From Haplodiscus bocki (Eukaryota): a stretch of DNA of 64,000 nt. The DNA is taken from positions 69,254,001 to 69,318,000 of the forward strand of contig OZ296652.1 in the NCBI GenBank assembly GCA_965655095.1, read 5' to 3'. A model generated the notes under the pieces. It saw nothing but the letters and a program-made list of their open reading frames with translations. It made no database searches and had not been told where the DNA came from. This document shows positions 11,301 through 26,300 of the stretch, one piece after another. The position numbers and the translations under genes were made by a program. Position 1 is the stretch's first letter. Every line of letters starts with the position of its first letter.

Positions 11301-14300
11301 TAGAAATCGGTCATTTTGTAACAGTTTCACAAGAAACACACTACGCTTATGATCAATTTAATTGATTGTCTCATTACAATTCTGCAAGCATTTGTTATAA
11401 CACAGGGTTTCTGCCATTTTTTTCCACGTTGGGGATTTATTGGAAAAATTATCCAAAGAAGTTCTCGCACTGAACAGATCAAGGAAGTTCCTGAGGACAC
11501 TATCTTAATTTTTTTATACCATACTGTTTACAAGGAACCTATATATAATACATTACGGTTTATTAGTTGATGGTTGAACTAATTCTTCTAAGCTCTCACT
11601 CATCTACAAATTACAGGAAAAAAGTGCTTAGAGTCAACCATTTCAAAAAGTCGAAGATAATCTAACTGAACATTTAAAAAAATAATATGTTGAGTGTCTT
11701 TGATCTGCATATTTGTGAACCAACTAATTTCGCTTTTTCATTGTTTTGTAAAGTGTGTATTAATTTCATTGTGTAGTAAACAGATTGTTTTGGGCAAAGT
11801 ATTTGAACACTGTATGTCAACGGAATACATTAACGAGAAGCGTGACCTCGGGACTCTTCAAATAGCCAACGGTAACTGAAGTTACAGATGAAAATTCTTC
11901 AAGTAGGCGAGAAACGGCTCTGGTAAAATTCTTGATCTGCAATGGGTTAGTCTATGAACAGAATGTGAACACGAAACCAGTTCAAAACTTTGTGGATAAT
12001 CTGAGATGTATTGGTTGGCAGAAATCTTTTTGACACAATATTCAACTATTCTGATTTCCTTACCTCTACACTTTCTTAGTTTGTGTACATGCTCTGTTGA
12101 AGCTTCCAAACCTATAAACGCAGGCTTAGAGGAGGGTGTCCCTTCCTGAAATTTAACTGTTTCTGAATATACTAGCGCAGCCACGTGTTAAAGCACTTTT
12201 AATTTTCCCAACCATTGCGAACTGACATAAATCCTTGATTTTTACCAAGGAGGAGCGAGTGGCCCATGCTCGAACCTGGAACCGTTCGCACCGCAGTGCC
12301 GTGCTCTACTGACTGCCATTGTCGCTTGAGAATTAATGTTATTTAAACTATCTAGCGAATGAAATATTATAGTGTATCTCACTTGCATACAAATATACAA
12401 AAATTAAATCAGTTTCTGTACATGTGTTATCAGTAGTACTCCTAGTATCCTGACCCCTTCAAGAATCAGTTATGAATTCGATTTGTTCACTAGTTTTCCG
12501 TTGGCGCATCTGTTGCGAAGCACAGTTTCACCTTTGTATACAAAAGGTTTATTACATGAGCGAGCAAACGAAGTATATTACGAACGGCTTTCGCTTTTTC
12601 CGTGCGTCTCTAACTCGCAGAAAGTTTTCGTTTTCATGGTTGCTTGTCTGGAAAACGAGGGAAGAAGATTTGGTAAACAATGATCGTAGCAAGCCCGGTT
12701 CGTTATTTATCTGAATGGCAAACTCATTTCTAATTTAGCTCAAATATCATCATGTGACCGCTGAAATGGGGACGATTTTCAGCGTGAACCTTCAGCCCAT
12801 GAGCTAGAACGCAGTCTTGAAATGCCGAAAAATGGTTTTCCCAGAAAATTTTTTTTCGAGATTGTTGTACCTCTGACTAAATACTGAATGAAAAGAAGTG
12901 TGTACTAACATTTAATAATTCAACTCATCATTAGCTAAGTAGTCTGCATTAATGTTTTTGTGGGTGACCATTGACCGTCATTGGAGTTTGCAGGTTGTTT
13001 TTAAAGGCATATTCCATTTAGGTAGACTAAATTCCCCTCTTGTCCTCCAGAGGTATCCATGGTGTTTTCATCTCTATAATTGAAGAAAACTGTTAAATAA
13101 TTACCAGTATATATTGCCCCGTAATGTTCCCGATGTTTTGCCGTTCTAATCTGTTCGTTAAGAATTTTTTTCTCGGATTGAATATCCGTATTACGTTGTT
13201 TGCCGTTACCTGTCAAGTTGTCCTGCATTTCGCTTTCTTCTGTCGACGGAACAAATAATGGCGGGCTTAATGTCACCTCCGTCTGGACATTTCTTTTAGC
13301 GGGTGTCAGTGTTCCGGCCTGGGTAGCGATCAATTTTACAAGTTCTTCCTTCCTCCTCATAGCCCGTGTTAAACTTTCCATCTCCGCACTTTTTTCTTTG
13401 GGGGACAACTTGGGTCGATATCTGCAATGTAGTTGAATCGGTAACGGTTTTGAAAATTGATATTTATGTAATCTACCGTATGGTGCGTTTCGGCTACCGC
13501 CTTTTTGTTATCTCGGTTTGATTTTGCTTTTAAGCAATTGTCTAATGTGTTTATTCGCTACAAAATAGCATGGGAATTTTTGTTTTTCGACTTACTTGTT
13601 TCTGTCGGACAATTTTATCGGTGACAAATCTTCACTTTTTTCTTGGCCATCACTATTTGGTGCCATCACTGAATGGTCATTTAGTTTTTCATTTCCGTCT
13701 CTCATGAGGTAGACCGGAACTTTTTTGGGATTTTCTGCGTAACAAATATAATCCCAGTTCGATAGTACCGTCGGTTTCGTATAATGGTACTCGTAAGTAG
13801 CGTCGGCGGTTTTTACTGTAGTGCACTATGAGGAGGTGGTCGTTTTCTTGTGTGTTTCAAATCTCGTCAACCATGGTGCACGGTAAACATTTCATTCTGA
13901 TGTATGACCATCTTCCAAATTAGCTTCAGTTTTTCCCGTATGCTGTTTTATGCCGTGTTCCAATAAAAGATGACCTATCCAAATTGTTTCATTCTGACAG
14001 ATGTTTTTGGCTGCTTCCTCTAAGGGTTCTCTCCCCAGTGTTACATGGATTATATCGTCAAGCCAAGCGGGGATCATTGAATTTAATGTCAATTCGAATT
14101 TTCTGGAAATTTTTTGGGTATTTCGGCTAATCAGTAGAATCCCTTTTTGAGTCACTGAAATTCGTTCTATTGTCTGCCAATGAGCCAAAATACGCAATCT
14201 TTACTCGTACATTCGCCTCATTCTATATGGCCTTCTGCATATTGCACGTCCATGGTTGGGATCCATAGTTTTTTCTCCGTCTGAATTTTTTGGTGAAGTT

Positions 14301-17300
14301 GTTTACATGAGATGTTCCTCGTTTGACCTTTGCAGTCGTCGTTCTATGCAACAGTCGTTTAGGTTTTTGAGTCCAATGCGATTTTTACCATCTTATTTTT
14401 CTCTTTACCGTACTTACGGAGGGTGAAACAATCGTGATATCGGGTAGTTTTTCGATATCTCCGTCCTTTTGGAAGCGACTTGTTCTTATGCCTACCGACT
14501 CTTGTAAGTGTAGTAGTGGGGGTCTTTCTTTATGTAGAAGTGGGTGACCATCCGGTTTCGGGGTTGTTTTATGCCTGTACTTGTTTTGTTATCTTGGAAC
14601 ATTTTACGGTATTTGGTATACAGTTGATTTTCTCTTCCGTCCGCTGAGTGGTCCGTCTTCTCCACTGCTGAATTATGATTGGTCCGAAGTTCATTCTTTC
14701 AAACGTCAAACCTATATAAACAGGGCAGCGGTGTGAAATCAGTGATTGATGTTGATTAACGGTAATTGTTTTTTTTATGTCCCCGTATTTAACTTTCACT
14801 GTTTTTGGACCTACATGTTTTATTTAGTTTTTGTTTACGTCAGGTGTTTTTGTCAATTTGGTCAACGGTATTAGGTTTAGTGTTTTTGTGGAGTTTTTCT
14901 GTGGAGTTCTGATCGGTGACCCGTGATTTTCATAAATTCTGTTGCTTTAACCGTTCTTTTCGATTCTTGTTTGGATGAATGATGTAATCTTCCGTTATTT
15001 GTCTCGAACTTGTCGGTTTTATTAATTTGATCAATTCATATTCGTCTTCCGTTTTTCCTGTGTTGTCTTGCCTGCTTTGTTTGATCCTGCATACTTTTGT
15101 GTATTGAATTTTTTCCGAAATTGTTGCGATTTCCTTTTTTTGCCTGGCATGTATGTTCCAGTGTCGAAACTTGTATTTTGCAGGAATAGCATGGTTTGGT
15201 TTGAAGTGTTTTTTTCGTCCGCTCCATTTTTTAATCTTCTTTCAAGCTTTTTTGGTTGTTTTCGTTGTTTTTTCCCGTGTGTTTTTTCATGTTTATTGTC
15301 AGTTTTTGTCCATAACTGTTTTCACGGTGATTTTCTCGCCTGTTTTGTCACGTACTTCTGTTTCGTTTGTAGAGGTAATCAGTTTTGAAACCTTCATTTC
15401 TACCGGTGTAATGGTTCGAAAATTGCAATCCTTCTCGATTTCACAAATTCTTTTCCAGTGTCGTTCTTGTTCTTCCTTTGGCTTCTGTTCTGGCCCAGAA
15501 GAATTTACCACGGCTGTGATTAATGTTTTTTATCGGTGTAAAAAGTTCTTTGACGACCTTAATCAAGGGTAATAAAGTCATTTCGGCTTTCTCACCTAGT
15601 TTTGTGGTTGTCATTTCGTGTAATGCCGTCGGTCCCAGCGCCCAGCGGAAATCCTTTCAAATTTTGGTATCTTTTTTGTAATTTCGGTCGGTTCTTTATT
15701 TGTCCGTGATGATCGGTTCTGTTTCTCTCTGTTATTCCTTCGGTGTATTTTTGGAACCGTTTTAGCCATGTCGTCGGATTTTCTGGGAAACAATTTTTAT
15801 CCCAATTTGATAGTAACGTGGGTTCGGATTCAAAGGTAAACTAGCGTCCGCGGTTTTTACCGTAGTGCATCTCGGGCAATGTTCGTTTTCTTGTTGTGTG
15901 TTTCTCATCTCATGACCCATGGTGCACTGTTTTCGCTTTCTTCCGATGTATGACCGTCTTCCAAATTGGCCTATACTAAACCCTTGAGTGCTCGGATTGA
16001 TCGCTGAACCAATCCGGCTGCCATATGCATCTGCGATAGTACCGATTTTATTTTTTTACATATGCGATACAAAATTCTTTGATCCCTCTGCTTATAAAGA
16101 CTGGTTCTACGTTCGTTCTAATTGTTTTCGGTACTCCGTACATATTAAAATGTTTCTTGGAAGTTTTTGTCAACGTTTTCTTTTTGGCATTTGTACAAGT
16201 TTTGGGTGACAAGCTTTTGCTAAAGAGATCCACGACTACTGGAATCGGTGGGTTTCCGTTCCTTTTTCCTTCGTGATTTTTTCTGGTAAAGTCTAGCTGT
16301 ATTTCTTGGCACGATTCTTTTGCGTCCTTTGTGTTTTTTTTCGGTCTAAGGTATTTAACTTCTTAGTTACCGGTTTTTATGAAGGCGGTACAATTCTTTA
16401 TTTTGTCTAAGGTATCTCTGATGCCCAGCCACCAAAAAAATGCTCAATGCCGCCGTCATTTTCATCTCACCGGAGTGGTCTTAATGCAGAGTCTCCTGTA
16501 CTCATTCCCGCATGGCGCATGGTACCACTACTTTGTCGTCTAATGAAATGTTTCCCAACGGGGTCGATTAACAGTTGTGGTATTTGTGGAATCTGAAGCA
16601 GTCCTCCGGTATCATATCGCCTTTTTGTTTCGAAAACAATCAGTGTTGCAATAAGGTCTTTATCACGGACGGGCTGTCTCCTCATCAGGGTTTTAGATCC
16701 GTCATGAATCTTCCCCTGCTTTCCTGACGTTTTCTTACGCCTCGAATGAAACTTTTATCGTTGATTCGATGATTCTTTTTATCTGCATATTCTGTACAGT
16801 CTTTTTCTCAGGACAGTACTCTTTTGCTCTCACCGGCCGGATAGTTCCGCTGCAATGATCTCCAATTACTTCTCTGCACCTGACAGTACGAGCTCTTCCT
16901 GGTTTGTTTGCTCCATCAACAACGCGTCCATAACTACAACCCTCTTTTTTGTCTCTGGAGTCGCGTCTTCTGGGCAACCAGAATTGGCTCCCGTAGTTTT
17001 CCTTCTTCAACCGAAGCTTGCCCAGCTGTGCTTTTTTAATTGGCTCGTCCACTAGTACACTTGGTTAACCGTGCGGCATGTTTTATTGGCTTGATATTTT
17101 CGTAACAGTGGTTGCACTGATTTGTGGTCGAAATATTTTAACGGTGTTCGGTATAGAATCTGAAAGAAGCTAATGCCCGGACTGCTCTGAGTACTTCTAA
17201 TTCTCCGAAGGCATAGTTCTTCAGTGTCTTTTGAATATTGGCTCGTGAATGCAATCGGTTTTACCTTTCCGTCTTTCTTTTTACCGTATTGTTGCTCCCA

Positions 17301-20300
17301 ATCCCGCGTGGCATGCATCAGTTGTTATTACGTTGTCTCTATGTTGAATAATGTGCCAGGCACAGTGATTCTATAATTTTGTTTTTCAAATTTTTCTTGG
17401 CTCAATTTCCACTCCTTAATCCATCCGTTTGTTCTCATTGCAATTTTCGGAAAGTATTGAACCGTTCCAAGGAATGATTCTTTTTGTATTTTTGGTGGTT
17501 TGCACCGAATTTTCCGATTGCTTCGCTTTTTTCCGTATTCTGTTTTATGCCGTGTTCCGATATATGATGACCGATCCAAATTATTTCATTCTGACAGATT
17601 TCTGTTTTTGGCTGCTTCCTCTGAATGTTTTTCCCTCGTGCTAGTTGGATGATTTCGTCAAGCCAAGCGAATGTCATTGAATTTAGCGTCAGTTGGAAAT
17701 GCCTAGAAATTTTTTGGGTTTTTCGGCTTATCAGTAGAATCCCTTTTTGAATCACTGAAATCCATTCTATTGTCTGCCAATGAGTCAAAATACGCAATCT
17801 TTACTCCCACATTTGCCTCATTCTATTTGGTCTTCTGCATATTGCACGTCCATGGTTGGGATCCATAGTTTTTTCTCCGTCTGAATTTTTTGAAGAAGTT
17901 GTTTACATGAGATGGTCCTCATTTGACCTTTGCAAAAAAACTAAAAGACTGATGCATAGAATGACGACTGCAAAGGTCAAATGAGGACCATCTCATGTAA
18001 ACAGCTTCATTCTATGCATCAGTCTTTTGGTTTTTTTGAGTCCAATGCGATTTTTACCATCTTATTTTTCTCTTTACCGTACTTACGGCGGGTGAAATAA
18101 CCGTGCTCTCGGGTAGTTTTTTCGATATCTCCGTCCTTTTTCAAGCGACTTGTTCTTTTGCCTACCGACTCTTGTAAGTGTAGTAGTGTTGGTCTTGCTT
18201 TATGTAGAAGTGGGTGACCATCTCGTTTCGGGGTTGTTTTATGCAATTACTGGTTTTGTTATCTTCGAACATTTTACGGTAATTGGTATACAGTTGATTT
18301 TCTCTTCCGTCCGCTGAGTGGTCCGTCTTTTCCACTACTGAAATATGATTGGTCCGAAGTTCAATTTTCAGGCGTCAAACCTATATAAACAGGGCAGCGG
18401 TGTGAAATCAGTGATTGATGTTGATTAACGATAATTGTTTTTTTTATGTCACCGTATTTAACTTTCACTGTTTTTGGACCTACATGTTTTATTTAGTTTT
18501 TGTTTACGTCAGGTGTTTTTGTCAATTTGGTCAACGGTTTTAGGTTAAGTTTTTTTGTGGGGTTTTTCTGTAGAGTTCTGATCGGTGACCCGTGACTTTC
18601 ATAAATTCTGTTTCTTTAACCGTTCATTTCGATTCTTGTTTGGATGAATGATGTAATCTTCCGTTTTTTGTCTCGAACTTTCGGTGGTATTAGTTTGATC
18701 AATTCATATTCGTCTTCCGTTTTTCCTGTGTTGTCTTGCCTGCTTTGTTTGATCCTGCATACTTTTGTGTAGTGAAGTTTTTCCGAAATTGTTGCGATTT
18801 CCTTCTTTTTCCTGGCATTTATGTTCGGGTGTCCAAATTTGTCTTTTGCAGAATTTGCATGGTATGGTTGGAATTGTTTTTTTCGTCCGTTCCACTTTCA
18901 CTTTTCCATTGCGCTTTTGTTTGATTTCTTTGTTCGGGATGTATTTTTTACCCTGTGTTTTGTCACGTTTTTGGTGTCAGATTTTATCCTTAACTAGTTT
19001 CACGGTAATTTTCTCGCCTGTTTTGTTCCGTACTTCTGTTTCGTTTGTAGAGGTAACCAGTTTTGAAACCTTCAATTCTACCGGTGTAGTGGTTCGAAAA
19101 TTGCAATCCTTCTCGATTTCACAATTTCTTTTCCAGTGTCGTTCTTGTTCTTCCTTTGGCTTCTGTTTTGGCCCAGAAGAATTGACCACGGCTGTGATTA
19201 ATGTTTTTTATCGGTGTAAAAAGTTCTTTGACGACCTTAATCAAGGGTAATAAAGTCATTTCGGCTTTCTCACCTAGTTTTGTGGTTGTCATTTCGTGTA
19301 ATGCCGTCGGTCCCAGCGCCCAGCGGAAATCCTTTCAAATTTTGGTATCTTTTTTGTAATTTCGGTCGGTTCTTTATTTGTCCGTGATGATCGGTTCTGT
19401 TTCTCTCTGTTATTCCTTCGGTGTATTTTTGGAACCGTTTTAGCCATGTCGTCGGATTTTCTGGGAAACAATTTTTATCCCAATTCGATAGTAACGTGGG
19501 TTCGGATTCAAAGGTAAACTAGCGTCCGCGGTTTTTACCGTAGTGCATCTCGGGCAATGTTCCTTTTCTTGTTGTGTGTTTCTCATCTCATGACCCATGG
19601 TGCACTGTTTTCGCTTTCTTCCGATGTATGACCGTCTTCCAAATTGGCCTATACTAAACCCTTGAGTGCTCGGATTGATCGCTGAACCAATCCGGCTGCC
19701 ATATGCATCTGCGATAGTACCGATTTTATTTTTTTACATATGCGATACAAAATTCTTTGATCCCTCTGCTTATAAAGACTGGTTCTACGTTCGTTCTAAT
19801 TGTTTTCGGTACTCCGTACATATTAAAATGTTTCTTGGAAGTTTTTGTCAACGTTTTCTTTTTGGCATTTGTACAAGTTTTGGGTGACAAGCTTTTGCTA
19901 AAGAGATCCACGACTACTGGAATCGGTGGGTTTCCGTTCCTTTTTCCTTCGTGATTTTTTCTGGTAAAGTCTAGCTGTATTTCTTGGCACGATTCTTTTG
20001 CGTCCTTTGTGTTTTTTTTCGGTCTAAGGTATTTAACTTCTTAGTTACCGGTTTTTATGAAGGCGGTACAATTCTTTATTTTGTCTAAGGTATCTCTGAT
20101 GCCCAGCCACCAAAAAAATGCTCAATGCCGCCGTCATTTTCATCTCACCGGAGTGGTCTTAATGCAGAGTCTCCTGTACCCATTCCCGCATGGCGCATGG
20201 TGCCACTACTTTGTCGTCTAATGAAATGTTTCCCAACGGGGTCGATTAACAGTTGTGGTATTTGTGGAATCTGAAGCAGTCCTCCGGTATCATATCGCCT

Positions 20301-23300
20301 TTTTGTTTCGAAAACAATCAGTGTTGCAATAAGGTCTTTATCACGGACGGGCTGTCTCCTCATCAGGGTTTTAGATCCGTCATGAATCTTCCCCTGCTTT
20401 CCTGACGTTTTCTTACGCCTCGAATGAAACTTTTATCGTTGATTCGATGATTCTTTTTATCTGCATATTCTGTACAGTCTTTTTCTCAGGACAGTACTCT
20501 TTTGCTCTCACCGGCCGGATAGTTCCGCTGCAATGATCTCCAATTACTTCTCTGCACCTGACAGTACGAGCTCTTCCTGGTTTGTTTGCTCCATCAACAA
20601 CGCGTCCATAACTACAACCCTCTTTTTTGTCTCGAGTCGCGTCTTCTGGGCAACCAGAATTGGCTCCCGTAGTTTTCCTTCTTCAACCGAAGCTTGCCCA
20701 GCTGTGCTTTTTTAATTGGCTCGTCCACTAGTACACTTGGTTAACCGTGCGGCATGTTTTATTGGCTTGATATTTTCGTAACAGTGGTTGCACTGATTTG
20801 TGGTCGAAATATTTTAACGGTGTTCGGTATAGAATCTGAAAGAAGCTAATGCCCGGACTGCTCTGAGTACTACTAATTCTCCGAAGGCATAGTTCTTCAG
20901 TGTCTTTCGAATATTGGCTCGTGAATGCAATCGGTTTTACCTTTCCGTCTTTCTTTTTACCGTATTGTTGCTCCCAATCCCGCGTGGCATGCATCCGTTG
21001 TTATTATGTTGTCTCTATGTTGAATAATGTGCCAGGCACAGTGATTCTATAATTTTGTTTTTCAAATTTTTCTTGGCTCAATTTCCACTCCTTAATCCAT
21101 CCGTTTGTTCTCATTGCAAATTTCGGAAAGTATTGAACCGTTCCAAGGAATGATTCTTTTTGTATTTTTGGTGGTTTGCACCGAATTTTCCGATTACTTC
21201 GCTTTTTTCCGTATTCTGTTTTATGCCGTGTTCCGATATATGATGACCGATCCAAATTATTTCATTCTGACAGATTTCTGTTTTTGGCTGCTTCCTCTGA
21301 ATGTTTTTCCCTCGTGCTAGTTGGATGATTTCGTCAAGCCAAGCGAATGTCATTGAATTTAGCGTCAGTTGGAAATGCCTAGAAATTTTTTGGGTTTTTC
21401 GGCTTATCAGTAGAATCCCTTTTTGAATCACTGAAATCCATTCTATTGTCTGCCAATGAGTCAAAATACGCAATCTTTACTCCCACATTTGCCTCATTCT
21501 ATTTGGTCTTCTGCATATTGCACGTCCATGGTTGGGATCCATAGTTTTTTCTCCGTCTGAATTTTTTGAAGAAGTTGTTTACATGAGATGGTCCTCATTT
21601 GACCTTTGCAAAAAAACTAAAAGACTGATGCATAGAATGACGACTGCAAAGGTCAAATGAGGACCATCTCATGTAAACAGCTTCATTCTATGCATCAGTC
21701 TTTTGGTTTTTTTGAGTCCAATGCGATTTTTACCATCTTATTTTTCTCTTTACCGTACTTACGGCGGGTGAAATAACCGTGCTCTCGGGTAGTTTTTTCG
21801 ATATCTCCGTCCTTTTTCAAGCGACTTGTTCTTTTGCCTACCGACTCTTGTAAGTGTAGTAGTGTTGGTCTTGCTTTATGTAGAAGTGGGTGACCATCTC
21901 GTTTCGGGGTTGTTTTATGCAATTACTGGTTTTGTTATCTTCGAACATTTTACGGTAATTGGTATACAGTTGATTTTCTCTTCCGTCCGCTGAGTGGTCC
22001 GTCTTTTCCACTACTGAAATATGATTGGTCCGAAGTTCAATTTTCAGGCGTCAAACCTATATAAACAGGGCAGCGGTGTGAAATCAGTGATTGATGTTGA
22101 TTAACGATAATTGTTTTTTTTATGTCACCGTATTTAACTTTCACTGTTTTTGGACCTACATGTTTTATTTAGTTTTTGTTTACGTCAGGTGTTTTTGTCA
22201 ATTTGGTCAACGGTTTTAGGTTAAGTTTTTTTGTGGGGTTTTTCTGTAGAGTTCTGATCGGTGACCCGTGACTTTCATAAATTCTGTTTCTTTAACCGTT
22301 CATTTCGATTCTTGTTTGGATGAATGATGTAATCTTCCGTTTTTTGTCTCGAACTTTCGGTGGTATTAGTTTGATCAATTCATATTCGTCTTCCGTTTTT
22401 CCTGTGTTGTCTTGCCTGCTTTGTTTGATCCTGCATACTTTTGTGTAGTGAAGTTTTTCCGAAATTGTTGCGATTTCCTTCTTTTTCCTGGCATTTATGT
22501 TCGGGTGTCCAAATTTGTCTTTTGCAGAATTTGCATGGTATGGTTGGAATTGTTTTTTTCGTCCGTTCCACTTTCACTTTTCCATTGCGCTTTTGTTTGA
22601 TTTCTTTGTTCGGGATGTATTTTTTACCCTGTGTTTTGTCACGTTTTTGGTGTCAGATTTTATCCTTAACTAGTTTCACGGTAATTTTCTCGCCTGTTTT
22701 GTTCCGTACTTCTGTTTCGTTTGTAGAGGTAACCAGTTTTGAAACCTTCAATTCTACCGGTGTAGTGGTTCGAAAATTGCAATCCTTCTCGATTTCACAA
22801 TTTCTTTTCCAGTGTCGTTCTTGTTCTTCCTTTGGCTTCTGTTTTGGCCCAGAAGAATTGACCACGGCTGTGATTAATGTTTTTTATCGGTGTAAAAAGT
22901 TCTTTGACGACCTTAATCAAGGGTAATAAAGTCATTTCGGCTTTCTCACCTAGTTTTGTGGTTGTCATTTCGTGTAATGCCGTCGGTCCCAGCGCCCAGC
23001 GGAAATCCTTTCAAATTTTGGTATCTTTTTTGTAATTTCGGTCGGTTCTTTATTTGTCCGTGATGATCGGTTCTGTTTCTCTCTGTTATTCCTTCGGTGT
23101 ATTTTTGGAACCGTTTTAGCCATGTCGTCGGATTTTCTGGGAAACAATTTTTATCCCAATTTGATAGTAACGTGGGTTCGGATTCAAAGGTAAACTAGCG
23201 TCCGCGGTTTTTACCGTAGTGCATCTCGGGCAATGTTCGTTTTCTTGTTGTGTGTTTCTCATCTCATGACCCATGGTGCACTGTTTTCGCTTTCTTCCGA

Positions 23301-26300
23301 TGTATGACCGTCTTCCAAATTGGCCTATACTAAACCCTTGAGTGCTCGGATTGATCGCTGAACCAATCCGGCTGCCATATGCATCTGCAATAGTACCGAT
23401 TTTATTTTTTTACATATGAGATACAAAATTCTTTGATCCCTCTGCTTATAAAGACTGGTTCTACGTTCGTTCTAATTGTTTTCGGTACTCCGTACATATT
23501 AAAATGTTTCTTGGAAGTTTTTGTCAACGTTTTCTTTTTGGCATTTGTACAAGTTTTGGGTGACAAGCTTTTGCTAAAGAGATCCACGACTACTGGAATC
23601 GGTGGGTTTCCGTTCCTTTTTCCTTCGTGATTTTTTCTGGTAAAGTCTAGCTGTATTTCTTGGCACGATTCTTTTGCGTCCTTTATGTGTTTTTTTCGGT
23701 CTAAGGTAATTAACTTCTTAATTACCGGTTTTTATGAAGGCGGTACAATTCTTTATTTTGTCTAAGGTATCTCTGATGCCCAGCCACCAAAAAAATGCTC
23801 AATGCCGCCGTCATTTTCATCTCACCGGAGTGGTCTTAATGCAGAGTCTCCTGTACCCATTCCCGCATGGCGCATGGTGCCACTACTTTGTCGTCTAATG
23901 AAATGTTTCCCAACGGGGTCGATTAACAGTTGTGGTATTTGTGGAATCTGAAGCAGTCCTCCGGTATCATATCGCCTTTTTGTTTCGAAAACAATCAGTG
24001 TTGCAATAAGGTCTTTATCACGGACGGGCTGTCTCCTCATCAGGGTTTTAGATCCGTCATGAATCTTCCCCTGCTTTCCTGACGTTTTCTTACGCCTCGA
24101 ATGAAACTTTTATCGTTGATTCGATGATTCTTTTTATCTGCATATTCTGTACAGTCTTTTTCTCAGGACAGTACTCTTTTGCTCTCACCGGCCGGATAGT
24201 TCCGCTGCAATGATCTCCAATTACTTCTCTGCACCTGACAGTACGAGCTCTTCCTGGTTTGTTTGCTCCATCAACAACGCGTCCATAACTACAACCCTCT
24301 TTTTTGTCTCGAGTCGCGTCTTCTGGGCAACCAGAATTGGCTCCCGTAGTTTTCCTTCTTCAACCGAAGCTTGCCCAGCTGTGCTTTTTTAATTGGCTCG
24401 TCCACTAGTACACTTGGTTAACCGTGCGGCATGTTTTATTGGCTTGATATTTTCGTAACAGTGGTTGCACTGATTTGTGGTCGAAATATTTTAACGGTGT
24501 TCGGTATAGAATCTGAAAGAAGCTAATGCCCGGACTGCTCTGAGTACTACTAATTCTCCGAAGGCATAGTTCTTCAGTGTCTTTCGAATATTGGCTCGTG
24601 AATGCAATCGGTTTTACCTTTCCGTCTTTCTTTTTACCGTATTGTTGCTCCCAATCCCGCGTGGCATGCATCCGTTGTTATTATGTTGTCTCTATGTTGA
24701 ATAATGTGCCAGGCACAGTGATTCTATAATTTTGTTTTTCAAATTTTTCTTGGCTCAATTTCCACTCCTTAATCCATCCGTTTGTTCTCATTGCAAATTT
24801 CGGAAAGTATTGAACCGTTCCAAGGAATGATTCTTTTTGTATTTTTGGTGGTTTGCACCGAATTTTCCGATTACTTCGCTTTTTTCCGTATTCTGTTTTA
24901 TGCCGTGTTCCGATATATGATGACCGATCCAAATTATTTCATTCTGACAGATTTCTGTTTTTGGCTGCTTCCTCTGAATGTTTTTCCCTCGTGCTAGTTG
25001 GATGATTTCGTCAAGCCAAGCGAATGTCATTGAATTTAGCGTCAGTTGGAAATGCCTATAAATTTTTTGGGTTTTTCGGCTTATCAGTAGAATCCCTTTT
25101 TGAATCACTGAAATCCATTCTATTGTCTGCCAATGAGTCAAAATACGCAATCTTTACTCCCACATTTGCCTCATTCTATTTGGTCTTCTGCATATTGCAC
25201 GTCCATGGTTGGGATCCATAGTTTTTTCTCCGTCTGAATTTTTTGAAGAAGTTGTTTACATGAGATGGTCCTCATTTGACCTTTGCAAAAAAACTAAAAG
25301 ACTGATGCATAGAATGACGACTGCAAAGGTCAAATGAGGACCATCTCATGTAAACAGCTTCATTCTATGCATCAGTCTTTTGGTTTTTTTGAGTCCAATG
25401 CGATTTTTACCATCTTATTTTTCTCTTTACCGTACTTACGGCGGGTGAAATAACCGTGCTCTCGGGTAGTTTTTTCGATATCTCCGTCCTTTTTCAAGCG
25501 ACTTGTTCTTTTGCCTACCGACTCTTGTAAGTGTAGTAGTGTTGGTCTTGCTTTATGTAGAAGTGGGTGACCATCTCGTTTCGGGGTTGTTTTATGCAAT
25601 TACTGGTTTTGTTATCTTCGAACATTTTACGGTAATTGGTATACAGTTGATTTTCTCTTCCGTCCGCTGAGTGGTCCGTCTTTTCCACTACTGAAATATG
25701 ATTGGTCCGAAGTTCAATTTTCAGGCGTCAAACCTATATAAACAGGGCAGCGGTGTGAAATCAGTGATTGATGTTGATTAACGATAATTGTTTTTTTTAT
25801 GTCACCGTATTTAACTTTCACTGTTTTTGGACCTACATGTTTTATTTAGTTTTTGTTTACGTCAGGTGTTTTTGTCAATTTGGTCAACGGTTTTAGGTTA
25901 AGTTTTTTTGTGGGGTTTTTCTGTAGAGTTCTGATCGGTGACCCGTGACTTTCATAAATTCTGTTTCTTTAACCGTTCATTTCGATTCTTGTTTGGATGA
26001 ATGATGTAATCTTCCGTTTTTTGTCTCGAACTTTCGGTGGTATTAGTTTGATCAATTCATATTCGTCTTCCGTTTTTCCTGTGTTGTCTTGCCTGCTTTG
26101 TTTGATCCTGCATACTTTTGTGTAGTGAAGTTTTTCCGAAATTGTTGCGATTTCCTTCTTTTTCCTGGCATTTATGTTCGGGTGTCCAAATTTGTCTTTT
26201 GCAGAATTTGCATGGTATGGTTGGAATTGTTTTTTTCGTCCGTTCCACTTTCACTTTTCCATTGCGCTTTTGTTTGATTTCTTTGTTCGGGATGTATTTT

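Noticed and set aside
11778-11871. Possible extra exon (tgtag..gtaact) in phase with the 11298 donor
   Set aside because: At 94 nt it would frameshift the downstream exons, and the direct 11298-41654 join is already in frame. It could only be a poison exon, for which there is no evidence.
12252-12325. tRNA gene (also ~41460, ~42330, ~48340, ~63200)
   Set aside because: Box motifs are present but there is no acceptor stem or canonical anticodon loop, and they are embedded in dispersed repeats, so they are treated as SINE-like heads.
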